From Lytechinus pictus (lineage: Eukaryota): DNA of 64,000 nucleotides. Where the stretch lies: contig NC_087251.1 in NCBI RefSeq assembly GCF_037042905.1, forward strand, positions 29,762,001-29,826,000. Reading direction: 5' to 3'. Below the pieces are notes generated by a model. The model did no database searches. It worked only from the letters and a program-made list of their open reading frames with translations, and had not been told where the DNA came from. Below, piece after piece: positions 12,744 through 27,700 of the stretch. A program made the position numbers and the translations under genes. Positions within the stretch are counted from its first letter, which is position 1. Every line of letters starts with the position of its first letter.

Positions 12744-15700
12744 AAACCATCTATCATAATGAATTAATTTTGTTCATTCGATTTTCTTGTATTCTTTTAT
12801 TTCATGAAACAAAATATATTCTCCATATGGTTTGTTCAGCGTACTTCATCGTTTGAATGTTAGCTTAAGAAAAAGTACAACTGACTGTAATCGCAGATAA
12901 CTTTATTATTTATTATCTCTACTACTCATCATCTCTACTCGCCGACTAAAGCCAGCATCTCCTCATTAGCTCTACTACTCAAGCTGTTCTCAACTCATTA
13001 ATCTTTCCTGATGTACAGTCCTTTTCAGGACTATTTTTCAAGAAAGAATACTCTACTCTCAAATCTCCACTTTCTCGCCTATCCATTTCTTCTCTTCTTC
13101 TATCCACTGTTTCTATAACACTTCACATGGTGTACCGTAAACCACATCAGCGATTATTATTTTAAGTCTGCGTTTTGGTCTTTATAGACTATTAAAATTT
13201 TCAGGTTTTTCTTTTTCTTTTATCTCTTTTTGCTTATGTGTGTGTGTGTGTGTGGGGGAGGGGTGGTAATAAGTCTTCTTTTAAACTAGTTAATTTATTT
13301 TACTCATATTGTATAACCTATTATGTTTAATAAACTCCGATGCTTTTAATTATTGTTTTCATGTTTTTCATTTACACGGTTTGGCTGAAAACAGAAATTG
13401 TCCATGAATGAATTTCACATTTGTATAACTTGCCGTTATTGCTATAACTAAGGGACAGTCCAATCAACTCCTAACTTCAGTTTCTCCAGAAGTGCCTTCT
13501 CTCCATTATGAATGAATATAAACCCAAAGTTTGGATCTACAATTAACAATCTATGGGTGTATTTCAAATGGTTTTATTTATATTAAGACAAAGAAGAATC
13601 TATTACTCGCCAGAAAATATTTTAGATACTATTTTGGTAATTAACTATCTGCATTATCATTTCAAGACATCATTCCAGTCGAGCCACATTTATTTTGGTT
13701 TTCCATATAACCAGTCGTTCGTAAAGTCATATTTACAGGTTTTTTAAAAGGGTTTAGACCAAGGCCATAGATCATGTATATAGATAACCATGATAACTCA
13801 AAGTTAAATAATTATTACAATGGCTCCATGATGATCAGGTTCAAAACCAAGATAGCACTATTATGTCAATACATAAGTTGCTATTGCTTTGGTCTGTTGG
13901 ACATGTCGGAGAAGAACTGGTTCCTTCAAGCCGCCACGCCAAAATATCTGCCTATTTTAAGGCGCCATATTCTCCCACAACTATGTTAAGGCCAAGTGGC
14001 TCTCTTTGTGTCAAATATCCATCGTATTCTATGCTAGATGTGTAAGTGTTAATCCATCCATGATAAAACGATAATTAGAGATAAATGAAGTCCGTTTGAA
14101 TGCTAGCTCAAGCCGGGATCTTTCGATGAGTCTGTTTGGGGGCAAATAAGCTGAAGATTAGGACCACAGAGACCATCTTAAAGGCGACAATTATTTTGAT
14201 TGACACTGATATTCACCTTAAGGGGAAAGTCAAGATAATTGAGATCCCATACGCCACAACGTGAAAGGTAGGATAAGTGGTCTGACTCAACGGGTAATCA
14301 AGTACGGAGTGGACATGAAGACTTGATAAGCGCTGTCAAAATACGTTTAAATATTCAATTTCAGTTTCTCCGTATTGCAATTATCTCTGGACTTACAAGC
14401 TGTTTCAAACGTCGAGGATGTGATGAAAGAAATGATCTTAGGACAATCAAAGTTTCCCTTCGAAGTTTGATTTTGTTATGTTTCCCTTTCTCATGCATTT
14501 GTTTCTTTCTCGATTTCTTTCTTTTCTTCATCCCCTTTTAATTTTTATTGTCCTTTTATTTCTTTCTCACTGCATTACCCTCTCTCTTCAATTAAGAAGA
14601 TGTACGCATTGTCAAATAGTCAAATATTTCGAGAAATATAGAAAGATAATTCAGTCTCTTTGTATGTCTCAGCCCCTTTATCTCGGACTCTCTGTCCATC
14701 TATATACACACATCCACACACCCTCTCTCTCAAACACACACACACACACATCCGCACTCACAGACACACACACACACACACATACACACTCTCTCTCTCT
14801 CTCTGCTGTTCCCTACTGCATTTATTTTTAATTTCACTTCTTTGTTTCATGCATGCCTTACTGTCACGGTAGCCCTAAACTTTCTGTTTTATTCTCACTG
14901 TATTTCAAGAGGAGGGGTAACTTCTTAGAGGCTCATCTTACAGTGTCCTTTCCCTGCATGCCTTAGCATTCAGTGTAAGTGGTTTTTTTTTTAAAGATAC
15001 ATCATCATCAACATCATCATCTCTCTCTCCCTCCCTCTTTCCCATACATACTCATATACATACACCCTCGCCCTATAATTCATTTCCTCAACCATATCAA
15101 ACATTTGCTACAATTGAATTTACTATAAGCTTCCTAGTGATTGGATCATCTGAAAGAAGAACAGTTATATTTTCTCTCCTTACATGTCCCACTGAACAAA
15201 TTCTTTCTTTTCCTCTCTCTCTCCCCCTTCCTGACCCGCTCCGAGCATAAGATCCATTAGTAGCTGATCTTAATAACTGAGATAATCTCATTTAGATCAA
15301 CTTAAACACATATGCACTCACGCTTAAGTCAAAACAAAGAGCGTTCTAAGTAGCAAAATTGTGTAAACCCATTACAGGCCGCGACGAGAGTAAAAAACGA
15401 GATTAAGGTGTCGTTGAAAAATGTCAATGGTTTCGCGGGCATATCAGTGCATCGACTTCCCTGCCTGTTTAAGGGACAACTCCACACCTGCCGTTTACAT
15501 ATTTATACAATATATTAGCAATTAATAATAATGATAATAATATGTTCATTTATATAGCGCTCTTGCAATATATCATCGTTTCACCGCGCTTTACACAATG
15601 ATTGAATAGAAAATTATAATAACTACTGTAATACATGTAAATATTATTGATTAAAAAGCAGAGCCTTGATATGTTTCTTAAATACTTCCAAAGAAGGAGA

Positions 15701-18700
15701 AAGTCGCATATATCTTGGAAGGCCATTCCAGAGTCTTGGGGGTACATGTCAAGTGATTACAAGTGATTAGTTAAGTGATTACATGCATATCTATTCATGT
15801 GCAAAATGTTTGATCAAAATGGGTAATTTCCGTTACATTTATAAATACTGATTGACAGTTGTTTTAATGTGAAAGAAATGTATATGTTAACATCTTAATT
15901 AGATAGCACTTGTCCTCTGAACTTTATAATCTGAATATGCGTAACATTGACGGCTTTGTTATTTCCGCTTAGTATTGTCTTTATTACAGGGGGCAGACAA
16001 AGTTTCAGAGTTTTTTTTTTCGTAAGTGCGTCACGCAGTACGTCTATTCTACAAGCCCCTCATTCATTAATCGAGAGACCTGCTGTTTTGGAGAGCCCCG
16101 CACCTGCAAGCATGAAGCCCGGCACGGCGCCACCGTAACCAACAAGAAATTAAATGGCGCGCTTTGACCCGACAGTGGGTTGCGTGAGCATGGCCCAGTG
16201 TTGACCGACAATGCCCCGAAATTGGATTAGCGTCAAATGAAAACCATCAAGAAAAAGCTTTTTTTGATCCCACATGACACCTCCAACTGCATAACCAAGT
16301 TAGAAACTAACTAATAATATACAAGCACCACGGCCGCAGACACGCATGCTTTTGCATTCAACACCTTGGGTTGAATATATGCACAATGTGTTGTGTACTC
16401 GAAAGGCACGTGTTTCTAGCGCGGAGTGACAGTTGAGAGAGGGAAATTTGATTAGGTGCTTCAGCCAACATCATCTTCATCCCCGCTTGACATCTCCAAT
16501 CAAAGTCCTACAACTTTCCCCGCTCTACAAAAAATAAAACCCCGTAATGAATACCAACTACCAAGTATTCAGTATCCGTTAGTTAGTAGATGTAATTTGT
16601 TGTCATGATTATTTCGTATACCCGATACTTCGATGTCTAATAAAATAACAAAGAACATGCAAAACTTGTCCAAATTTGTTATTAAATTCACTTTCGTCGT
16701 AGTACGCACCTGGGTGCGTGGACTGCACATTCAGATTATCATTTGACTTGTTTTGTTCACTCAAATGTTTTATTTGATGGAAAAGGGTAGTGTTCACGAC
16801 ATTCGTCAAATTGATTTAAGTTTTCAATAGCACGATTTTTAAGATATGTTCTTCGCAATCTTCATCTAACTTTTACTCGAATTCCAAATGAATTACTTTA
16901 ATTAGATTAAATAAGTATTTTTTCACGATGATAACTGTTGCGTTTGGAACAATATATATATATATAATGATGACATATCTAAAGGTTTGTTTGCTTGCAT
17001 TTATTTCTGCTTCAAAAACACAATACAAAAATATTTACAATTAAAATATACAAAAAAAATTCACAATATAAACAATGTAGTCATATTACATAATAAATAC
17101 AAATAAGGATGTGAGTATAAATCAATCTTTTATGAATGTAAACATATATATATATTGTAATAAATGAACACAGGGGACCGTCATCGTGAGTGGTTAGGCT
17201 TGAATTGATGGCGGTGAAAAAATACAAGAAAAATTAAGAAAAAAATCTACCGTTTTCAAGAACTCATTATCAACTCTTTTTTTTTCAAAATAGGACAATC
17301 CCATTTTGGTTTTCATGACTGCCCTATTTCAACAGTGATCTTTTTTAAAATCTTGAATAGTTCTGTACATCAAATGAATTATATTGTGACTTGCTGCTCT
17401 GACATGATTATATATGTGTATTTATTGAATTTAACATTTTTTGATATCTCCCTGGGGAAAAAAAAGAGATGCGGACATTATTGAAAAAAAAATATGTTTA
17501 GCTTAATATGACTCGTAGGCAAGTTTATTTGATATGTATACACCAGTAACACGGTACAAAAACAGATTTGTGAATGTAATTTGATTCTTATAGCCCTCAA
17601 CGATCTTCAATTTCAGCGTCATGTTTTTATTATCCGATATCATAAGCATACTCGGTCTTTTCGAGAGTCAAGGAAATAATGTTATTCGACATAGCGATCG
17701 AGAAAGAATACCTTATCTTTTTGTATACATATAAACATAGATACATGAGTGAATCACATGGAAATAAAAAACCTGTAATCCTTAATTCATCATGTTTTGA
17801 AAGTAATAAAATACCCTATCAAATTGGTGAAAACGACAGTCTCACAAGCTTATTTGTATTAAATGTAGTGAAAGCTGAATCTATTTGTAAATATATCATT
17901 ATTTTGTTATAGTACTTATTAAGTACATGTATACTAAATTGGTTGAAAATAATAGGGTGGTATCTAGCTTGCATGAAGAATGATCTAAAGATGCACCTTA
18001 GAGGGGAATGTTCGGATTTCCTTTTTTGCTATAGGGCAACGTAACGAAAAGTTATGACCTAATAAGACATCCTCGGCAATCTTTTAATTGACCTGTGCCC
18101 TTGCTTCAGCGAAAACTTGCAGATAATCAAACCAATTTTGATCAGTACCCTGCTTTTCTTAAATGACTTCAATATATTCTAGCATTTTTAGTGTTAAACG
18201 AACCTAACCAGATAGGTTTACATTCAGAAATTGATGTGGTTTTGCACACATTTATGGAGTAGCTTGCCTTTTTTTTATTTTCTTTTATTTCATTGGAGAG
18301 GGATGTGGTCTTCTATCATTTTTTTTCCCAAAGAATACGACAGCAGCCATGAGGAGAGAGTACTCAGAGTATATGAATTTTGAAGCTGTATGAAGTTCAT
18401 GAGTTACTTTTCTTCTCGAGATTTAAACATATTTGCAGCCCCCATACCTGTCGCAATCAAGGTCAATCGCAATCTCGATACATGGCCCATTTCAAATCTT
18501 TACAAGATTCGCACCACTCTGCACTCTACATCAGTGACATCACACATCTGTAAAAATGGCGCCTTCTCGTGACCCCTGCATAAAATGGCGCCGCTTACTC
18601 CAAAAAGTACAATCGAAAGTTTGCTAGGTGGTCTAATTGCCAAACGACCACTTAGTGCTTTCACCACTTCTATTCCACATTTTTTCCAATCCTGTTTTTC

Positions 18701-21700
18701 ACACATTAATGGCCAAGAAGTCATTTCATGAGAAGAGATACTCCTAGAAATAGAATCGAAGCTCGTGAAAGAAGTAAAAGACTACATTGTCACGAGTGCC
18801 GAAGAAAGAGCAGACGTTCGATACTTCCCGCCGGTAGTATCGGAGTTTTTTTGGCGCGTCGCCGTACCGCTACGCTAACACTACTAACAGCCAATACGAT
18901 ATTGCTGCGACAATTTCGCCCAATTACCCCCACCTCCCGGGCAAGACATTTTATGCCACTGAAACATGTAGTGATAATTAGATTCTCTTCGACCGGATTT
19001 ATTATTGAATTAGCTTCGAACTTGGTGTTTGGGTAAAGAGAAAAAGAAAAAAAGATTGTGATGCTATAGAGATAGGGTTGATAGGGAGACTGTGAGAGAG
19101 TGTAAGGGAGTCTGGGGAATAGAAGACCAGGGAGAAGAAAATGAGAGTTATGGAGAGACGAGAGGAAGAGTACACAAGCGGATGAAATAACAGTGTAGAA
19201 ATCGAATGGTGGGAAGATAATGCCCAAACCTGATAGCGTGTCGAGCCACTTGTAGCGAATTTAGGACCCTAATCCGCATAACCAGTGGAGTTTGAGGCTC
19301 AAGTTCGCGCAAATTTCATCGGGACGCCGTTTTTTATCCTTATTCGTAGTGGCTTCATAACATAGGCATTGATTTCTGGAGTCCATGGATTGAGAAGACA
19401 AGTGATTCCTTAGTAATCCACTTCCGTCCTCCGAAACTAATCAATTTTAGGCTTTCCTTCTAATTCCCATATTTTCGATGGGTTTTCTCTGGTTCTGAGG
19501 GATGAGAAGAGCTGTAAACGAGACGAAGAAGTTTTTTAGCGTTTGACCTTTTTCATTAATCGTTTCATGGCGTCCCCATCTTTGTTTTTTCTCTGTTTAT
19601 TTCAAATGGAAGAATTAAAACGCGTTCGTCCCCAAAAATACTGAGAAATGCGACAAGGGTATCGGTTTGTACGATTTGAAAGAAGAAGCTTTTAACATTA
19701 ATTAGAGTATTGGGCACGGGCTTCAGGAAGATGGAATTTTGGACTGCATCACGCCGGTAGCAAACCCATTCGAGATGGCCGATCAGATTTCCAAAATGGT
19801 CGAAACGCGCTAATTGGCGTACGACGACACGTCCCAATATTCATTCCTACCATTGCCTACGCCAGAAGTTTATTGTACAAGCGCGTCGCTCCCCACGACG
19901 AAAAAGAAACGCCACACTGCATGGAGGCTGCGGTCTCAGTGTGGTGTATGGGTAAAGAGAGGGACATAGTGAGACAAATACAGCGATTTCAGTTTCAGTA
20001 AGGCAATTTCGAAAATTAGCTCTCGTGCCGCATACATCGCAATACACGGGTTAGCTGCGGGCGAGAAAGTGATCTGAAGCTTCGAAGTGATGCGAAGAAA
20101 TAAGAGCCACGGTAGACCTCCCAGCCGAATCAATCTCTATGGGAGCACCGAAGTCCTCAGGCTTTATTTTCCACCTTGTTCTCTCACAACATTGCCATTT
20201 TTTTTAACAGTCGGGGAGGAGTGGGCTAGATCGTTGATGTCGAGTGTCGAGACAGTCCCTGCCTGCCAAGGTACAATTCCAATTTGCCACTCATATCAGA
20301 ATTTGGTCCCCAGTGACTGGGAATCGCATGCAAAAGTGGACTAATTCGATGTCAGATGGGTACAAAAGACGCAGAAGATTAATTGCAATCATCGGATGCG
20401 ACAGGTACACCCTAGCTACTGACTGATCACATGGACGACACCACCAATGACCCACAATAAGAAATCTGAAAATAGGCTATTAACGATATTAGCCATTTCT
20501 ATGGAAAGAGAAATGGAGAGAGGAGCAGAAGAAAGAGAAAGAGGTACAGAGAGAGCATTAATAGGAACATGACAGAGAGAGAGAAATTAAATGACAGAAG
20601 AGAAGAAATGAGAAAGAATGCTAGAGAGAGAGAAAAAAAAGCGAGAGAGAGGGTATGTAAAAAAAAAACACACGCTGGTATCAATATGTGAAATATAAAA
20701 TGATTGTAAGAATAAAAATGAAAATACATAAGGTCTCAAAGTACTGAATCAGTTCACAATTTCAATTCATTTTCTATCTCCTATATTAACATAATACAAA
20801 AAGCTCCTCAAAATCTGTGGTCTTTCTCCATGGAAATCATAACCCTGTATCCAAGCTTTTCAGAAAATAATATCTTAATAAAGCCCATTTCATATTCGAA
20901 ATGAAAACTTTAGAAAGGGGCTTTGGATATTTCTTAAGACGACTACTGACGAATGTATTTTTTTCTATCTCTTTATTCATAATAGAAATATTGATCGAAG
21001 AAAACCATGAACGGATATTCAGTCAACACTCACCTTCATCTGTGAGTAGTATGGGAAAGAAAAAGAGAAAGAAGAGACGACACAGGTATGTTATTATCAA
21101 TATTATTTCTATCCATGTGTCATTTTCTCAATTTTCCATTTTTTTCATCTTCTAACCATCCTTCGTCTCCCTTCTCTATTATAAACTCTATACATTTATC
21201 TATCATAATGATTTACATTATTATTTTTGTTTGTCTGTCTGTCTCTCTCCCTCTCCGTTTAGATAATAGCGGTATGCAGAATTATGTAGCAACTTATTAT
21301 GTTGGCATTTACGTTATGTCCGATGAATGTATCATGTTTGTCGGAAAGTTATCTAATAATCAGTCCTGATAAATTGTTTTCATTGCCTCAGTTTGTGAAG
21401 AAGAAATAACTTACTGTACTCGTGTCTGTAAAATAGAAATTAAGATCACTTATTCAGTGCAATTAATGAAAAAAAGGGTTATCACATCTGAAATTTAGTA
21501 TTCAAGGATTAATTAAAGTTAAGTAAAAGGTATTTCAAAACTTGAATTCTATGATAAATTTATATTGCATTGTACAATAAATTTTTACGATTCAAGAATA
21601 GTTTACACTCTACCAAAATAGCTTTGTCAACTCAGAAAATTTAGTGAAGTTAGGATAATAACACCAAACTGCAAAATATATCATTGACAACTTCACTTTT

Positions 21701-24700
21701 CTTTCACCGCTGCAAGCGAAATCATGAAGGAATTACTCTAATCTAGAGAAGAAAAAAAGTTATTCATGCACGAGCAAAAGATGATAAATTAGAACAGAGG
21801 GAGGAAACAACGGAGGTAATTTGATAGAATCCAGAGAATTAGGAGAAACAAGAGTGGAACCGAAAAATTAATATGTATAGGTGTTTGCAACGTTGATGGA
21901 TGACGCGTCCGGAGCCCAAGAAACAGACGATTCCCCAAACTTTGTGTTTACCTCCTCTGAGTAATTATCCTGAAATGTTTGCTGGAGAATGCTGTGAGTT
22001 AGTAACGTGATTTGAAAATTGGATAATTGTTGAAATGACATCCCCAAACATTGGGACCGTTAGAGAGTTGATGATAGAGAGGGTAGCGGTCAAAGATCTA
22101 AACGCGAACGTTTGGTATGATCGATCTTACTTTGTCTCTTGCTGATTAAGTTGTTGTTTTCATCGGGTATTATGCCCTCTATGTATTATTTTGGCATTCC
22201 TTCCTAGCTTCCAAACAATTAAACAAAGAGTCACATATTTTGTGTCTTATTTTAATCGTACTTTGTGAGAAGGTAAAAAAAAAACCTTTCGGAAATTATT
22301 CAAAAATAGAACATTTCAATGGTATGATATTGTTTTCCGTTTGCCTTATGTCAAGTTGCAACTACTTTAAAGACCAAAATAATATGATGGTTAAAATATT
22401 ACATGAATATAACATAATGGAACATAAAGCAGCGCCAAAATCAGTTTGGTATAGGGTGATTTTCGAGATATTTCTTTTTTTAATTACTATTTCTACATCG
22501 CATGAATTGGCGTATTTTCTTAACATGCTTATACACCTAAAATGTTGGGCAACATACTGTCCACTGTGTTGGGTAATGTATGTTGGTAAAAAATATTCTG
22601 GGCAATCATTATCCTATTGAGCAAATTTATTACCCAATTATTAATATTTATTACCTTATTTGGACAGATTTTAAACAATAGTTGTGTGGACAGTATGTTG
22701 CCCAGTGATGGTTAAAAATTGGGCCTTTTTGCCAAACCTTTTTTTTTCCAAGTGTTAAAAAAGTAACTGGTGCACGAGCTCTCCTTGTATGCCGAAACAA
22801 GCCCGCTATGAAACCCAAAACAGATCTTCCCTATACTTGTTAACCATGTTTGGCACCATTCCGAAGGTGAATAGTCGAAAGAGATAAGCCAATAAGGGCT
22901 ACTATATAAAAGGGTGATGGCCCTTGTTTTCTTCTTTTTCTTCCGTTACTGTATAATTATCTTAATTCGATGGACAACGGTCTTGTAATGTATTCCCTAG
23001 TGAGATCACATTTGCTTTCAGTGAGACCCTTCTCTAATAAGATAATGAAATCAAACATCCTGATTCGAGAAGATTTCTTTTCTTCAAGGCTACTTATAGG
23101 AAGGAGAGGCACGGGTAAAGCGCAGCTTCTTCTTTTATAACCTACCACTTGGGGAAATGCATTTGAAAATGATACTCCATCGATAGGTCACAAATGTCAT
23201 TATTTCACCAATTAGATTCATACGATTGTCTGGATTTATGTGTAGGTATATACGTCGTTATATCCTGATATATTCAGCTGATGGATAAAGCTACTTCATT
23301 ATCTTCGTTAGATATCACATCGATGTAAAAACACCTAATACCACCGCAACTTTGACCAGACATGCATTTCCCAGTACAGTCATTCAAAAACAAATTATTG
23401 CAAATGTTCAACTTGAAGGTTGAATTTACGCTTATTTCAAAAGTCTCATGACCTTATGAGACATAACCACTAATGGGGAGAAAACAGTGATATACTTAAT
23501 ACTGTAAAATGAGAAAACAAAGAAGCTATAATCTGTATCAAACAAAACACCACCGAAAAAAGTGTTTACCTAGAGAATATTGAAACAAGTAAGTTTTCTT
23601 TGTTCTTCTTATTTTTTCATAATAATATTCCCCGATCTCCCACTTTTTCTAATTATGAGAAATTGAAAGCAAATCTATATTTGAACCCTTTCATTACAAA
23701 GCTTTGCCTAAAACGTTTCGTGGAATTGGAAAAGATGTCATTGGATTTGATAAATTTTGATTTTTCTCCATAACTATATCAGTATTTTAAATCCCCTTTA
23801 CACTAAACGTAAACAAGTACCTAAAATTCAAATACCTTATCAGAATCTTTTTGTATTCAATTAATAGGAATGTTAACTTCGATTATATTTTGATTCGATA
23901 TGTGCTAACTTTATTTTGGTCACATGAAACTGTTACTAAATTTGCTGATGTCACTACGTGCGGGCTGTTAAGGTGCCAGGTGCCCTATTACCGTGCGGAA
24001 ACGACTACGGGTATATAATCAAGCATAGGATTCTTACTAAGTACCTGTACCCCAACAAACTATATATTTTTGGAAAGCTTATGAGCTGATCTACACAAAA
24101 ATTTGCACTGTGGCATATTAGCTTTATGCATAAGCAAAATATGGTCATTCAAAGTCATGACTTTAAAAATCATGATTTTTCTCTATATGAACTTTCTATG
24201 GTTATAACTTCACAACATAGAGTGTAATTTAAGTTTTGATGGATTAATTTAATTCTCTGACTTCTTTGTGATGAATTTATGATGGCTTTAAGAAATATTC
24301 AGAGTAGAATTGTAAAAATTATGGATTAAACAAGCAGTCAGATAATGAGAAATTCAGAAAGGACTTTTATACACAACTCCACCTGTGGGGGTACCATGCA
24401 CAAAAACTATCATTATTTTGTTGTACTCTTCAAGATACACAATTCTACAAAATTTCATGCAAATCCAATGATTAGAACTCGAGTTATTACATTTTTCATT
24501 AAAAAAACCTCAATTTTGTATAATATCACGATAAAGAAAGGGCTATAATACTAATAATAACGGACATTTGTAACGCGCCAAGTCTGTCACATAGTGTATG
24601 TAACTTGTAGTCGCTGCCATATTGTGCAATACAGTAGCTCTCCCTATTTGGCCAACAGAGGGTGGTAGTCCACTTTGCTACATGGAATATCTGGGGCTTC

Positions 24701-27700
24701 AGCCAAAAAAAATCTGGGGATTTTCTGATTTTTTTTAAGGCAGTATCAAAGGTTTTGGGGACAGATTTAATCACTTCCGGTGTGTAAAATACTACTTCCG
24801 GTTTGAGAATTTTATGAAAATATGTTTTAACCCCCCTCTTATTAAAAAAAGAGGTAGAATATTGAGATAAAACAAGTTGCATGATGAAGTACACACATGA
24901 AACTAGCAAAGGAGACCAAAAAAATAAAATCATTAAAAAAAAAAAAAATTAGGGCACCTGTCACCTTAAACAAAAATAATCCAAACAGAAAGAAATCGTC
25001 TACTGCTTTACTTATAAGATTGCATGTATAGGCTCAATAGCCCTCGCTTTTGCATCGCTCTTGTTTATAGATTACTGGATGCTAATACTTGGTAATTATC
25101 GGAAATGAGGCAATGCGAACATGGGCATGATCAAAATTTGCGTTGAGGCAGAAGGCAGGCAGATCATACCATGCAGAGCCGAGGAAATCACTACGGAATA
25201 ACAGCAGACAACCAGCGGGCCGAGGCCCCGTGGCAAAAGCGTACCAATACCATCCGTCTACATCGTCTTGAAGATATGCCAAATTATCGCCTGCGTACCG
25301 AGGTTGGCAACGCAGTTACGTTTTCAACCCCGGACCATCTGTTAAAATGGAAATACGAGAATTACCCTCCTCCCCCATCGGGAGTATGTATCCTCAGTCC
25401 AGGGGGAGGGGCATCGAGAATTCATCAAAATTCGATACTTTAAATTTGAGTGATTAGTTGTGCATCCCAACCATGAATAATGGCGGGCGGATAGTTTACA
25501 TCTTAATACAGGGCTACAAGAATGTCACAACGCCAATACCGCTTTTCCTTCTTAAAGAATTACCAATATTAGCTTCAAATAACATGCGCAGCCCACCATT
25601 GATGAGTGAAATCTATTTACATCAAACAAGAATGATCAAAATGACAGGTGAATGTTGTCCATGGACTTAAAATAATACGAATATATATATATTTATTATT
25701 TATTGAATATGTTTTTAATATTGAAAAAAAAATATATTTGAAAAGATATCCGTGTAAAGTATTTTTTCAGTAGTAATGTTGGGGCCTGTTGCAGAAAAAA
25801 GTCAAAATATCAAGCGCAAGTCCCAAATACGGGTGCTTCATTGGCTGAAAATCAAGATTCGCTAGATTTTTTGAGTTGTGTTCGATCGCAACTCTCCCAG
25901 CAACGGGCCCCATCAACCATGTCAACGGAACTGTGTTTGTGTGGCGCGACTGGTCAGTATGTGTCAATAAGGTAAAATAAAAAAAAAACAAGGCACTTTT
26001 TAAAAGTGTTACCTAACTCATAAGCATGTTTGTCAGAAGCACATAGCCATTACTTTAAAAAAAAACTCTGCATTGTTTATTACAGGCCCATAGATGTGCT
26101 ATTTGCTTGTCCAATTGTGTTTCATTCGTGTAACTTCTGTAATTTGTTGCAGTTGTCCTGTAAACATGAAAATACTGTGAGTAAATAATACAATAATAAA
26201 TTATATTGAAAGTAAACGGACGATCGTCAATTGGGATGAGCTGACCTGATTATTAAAGAGCTTCGATAATTGATTAATGTCAAAATGTTATGATTTTTCT
26301 TTGCAGGACCATATTTACATCGTATCAACTTGATGAGTTAGAGAAATCATTCAATGAAGCTCATTATCCTGATGTGTATGCTCGAGAACTGTTGGCGCTC
26401 AAAACTGATCTGCCAGAAGACAGAATACAGGTATTAGTTTATTCTTTTAATTATCTGTATATAGGTTTTCTTTCTTCCTCTAATTTCTATAACTCTGTGT
26501 CTTGATTGATAATGACAGCAGAGAAAATTTCAAAATCGTAAATTTACCTCGATGCACTTTACAATGACAATGTACAAAAATAACAAAGTAATGAAAGCAT
26601 ATACTGTATGGGGGTACAAAAACGGATACACACAACAGATTAAGACAACGTTATGCAAACCAGCCTCACAACCATCTAAGAAAAAGAATCAGAGGGAAAA
26701 TTTGTTTTCAATTTAAAAGAAAAGAAGAGAAAGAAAAGGGGTGTGATTTTGACCAGTTTTCCTTCTGGTTCCGCGCCTGCCCACAAAACATTTTACACCT
26801 ATAGATAACAAAAAATCATAAGCATTCAGACGTAAGCACTTGGTAACACCAACATCCTTTGATACTAAGATCTTATTAAAAAAAGATCACCCTAGATAAT
26901 TTATCAGTAAGTTCGGGGGCTGCATCACAGGGGGCGACCGTCTTCTATATATGATTTGTTTTTAAGCATGAAAAAAGAAAAATGGAATGAACGGAGAAGA
27001 AAGGGGATAATGAAGAAAACAACAAAGGACAGAACACTCAGAAAAATTTTACTCAATATTGGGTAGAAAAGGGAACATGCATGTTTGCTGGGTATCTTTT
27101 TTACCCCATATTGGGCTATTTCAACGCAACATTGCGTAAAATTTACGAATATTTTTACCCAACCAACATGCATGTTTCCATTTTACCCAATATTGGGTAA
27201 ACCTTTTTTTTTCGAGAGTGAAGAAAGAGGAGCATAAAAAGGAGAGTTTTGGGTCGTTTAACTCTGTAATAACTATATTATTCAATTAAGATGAATAACG
27301 TTACCTGGTCGTCTCGGCCCATTTTAGCGAAATACATTTGCGCTGCATGCCCCTGGGGGTAATGAATGAATGTTTTTGTATTTATTTACCATCAAAATGA
27401 TCAAACTAGATTAAAAATCAACTCCAAATGACTGAAAATAGGCATATTTTATACCAAAAAAAGAAGACACAATTTATGAGAAATGTAATCATAGTTAACA
27501 TCACAGTTTCTTGTTGTGTTCAATGTTATGTTTTGTTAATCACGTTTACACCGTATGGCAGGGCTAACAAAGTAAGTTACAAATATATTCAAGAAAATGC
27601 GTTTGAGAATTTTTGAGGCATTTCCCATTTTCAACTTTAATGCTATCCTACATCTCAATGGATATACACTTTAAATACGGAAATGGCATGAAAGATATGT

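Noticed and set aside
15947..16138. Extra Vsx exon in intron 1
   Set aside because: Exons 1 and 2 already join in phase; the candidate 32-nt microexon would frameshift and shows no recognisable homology
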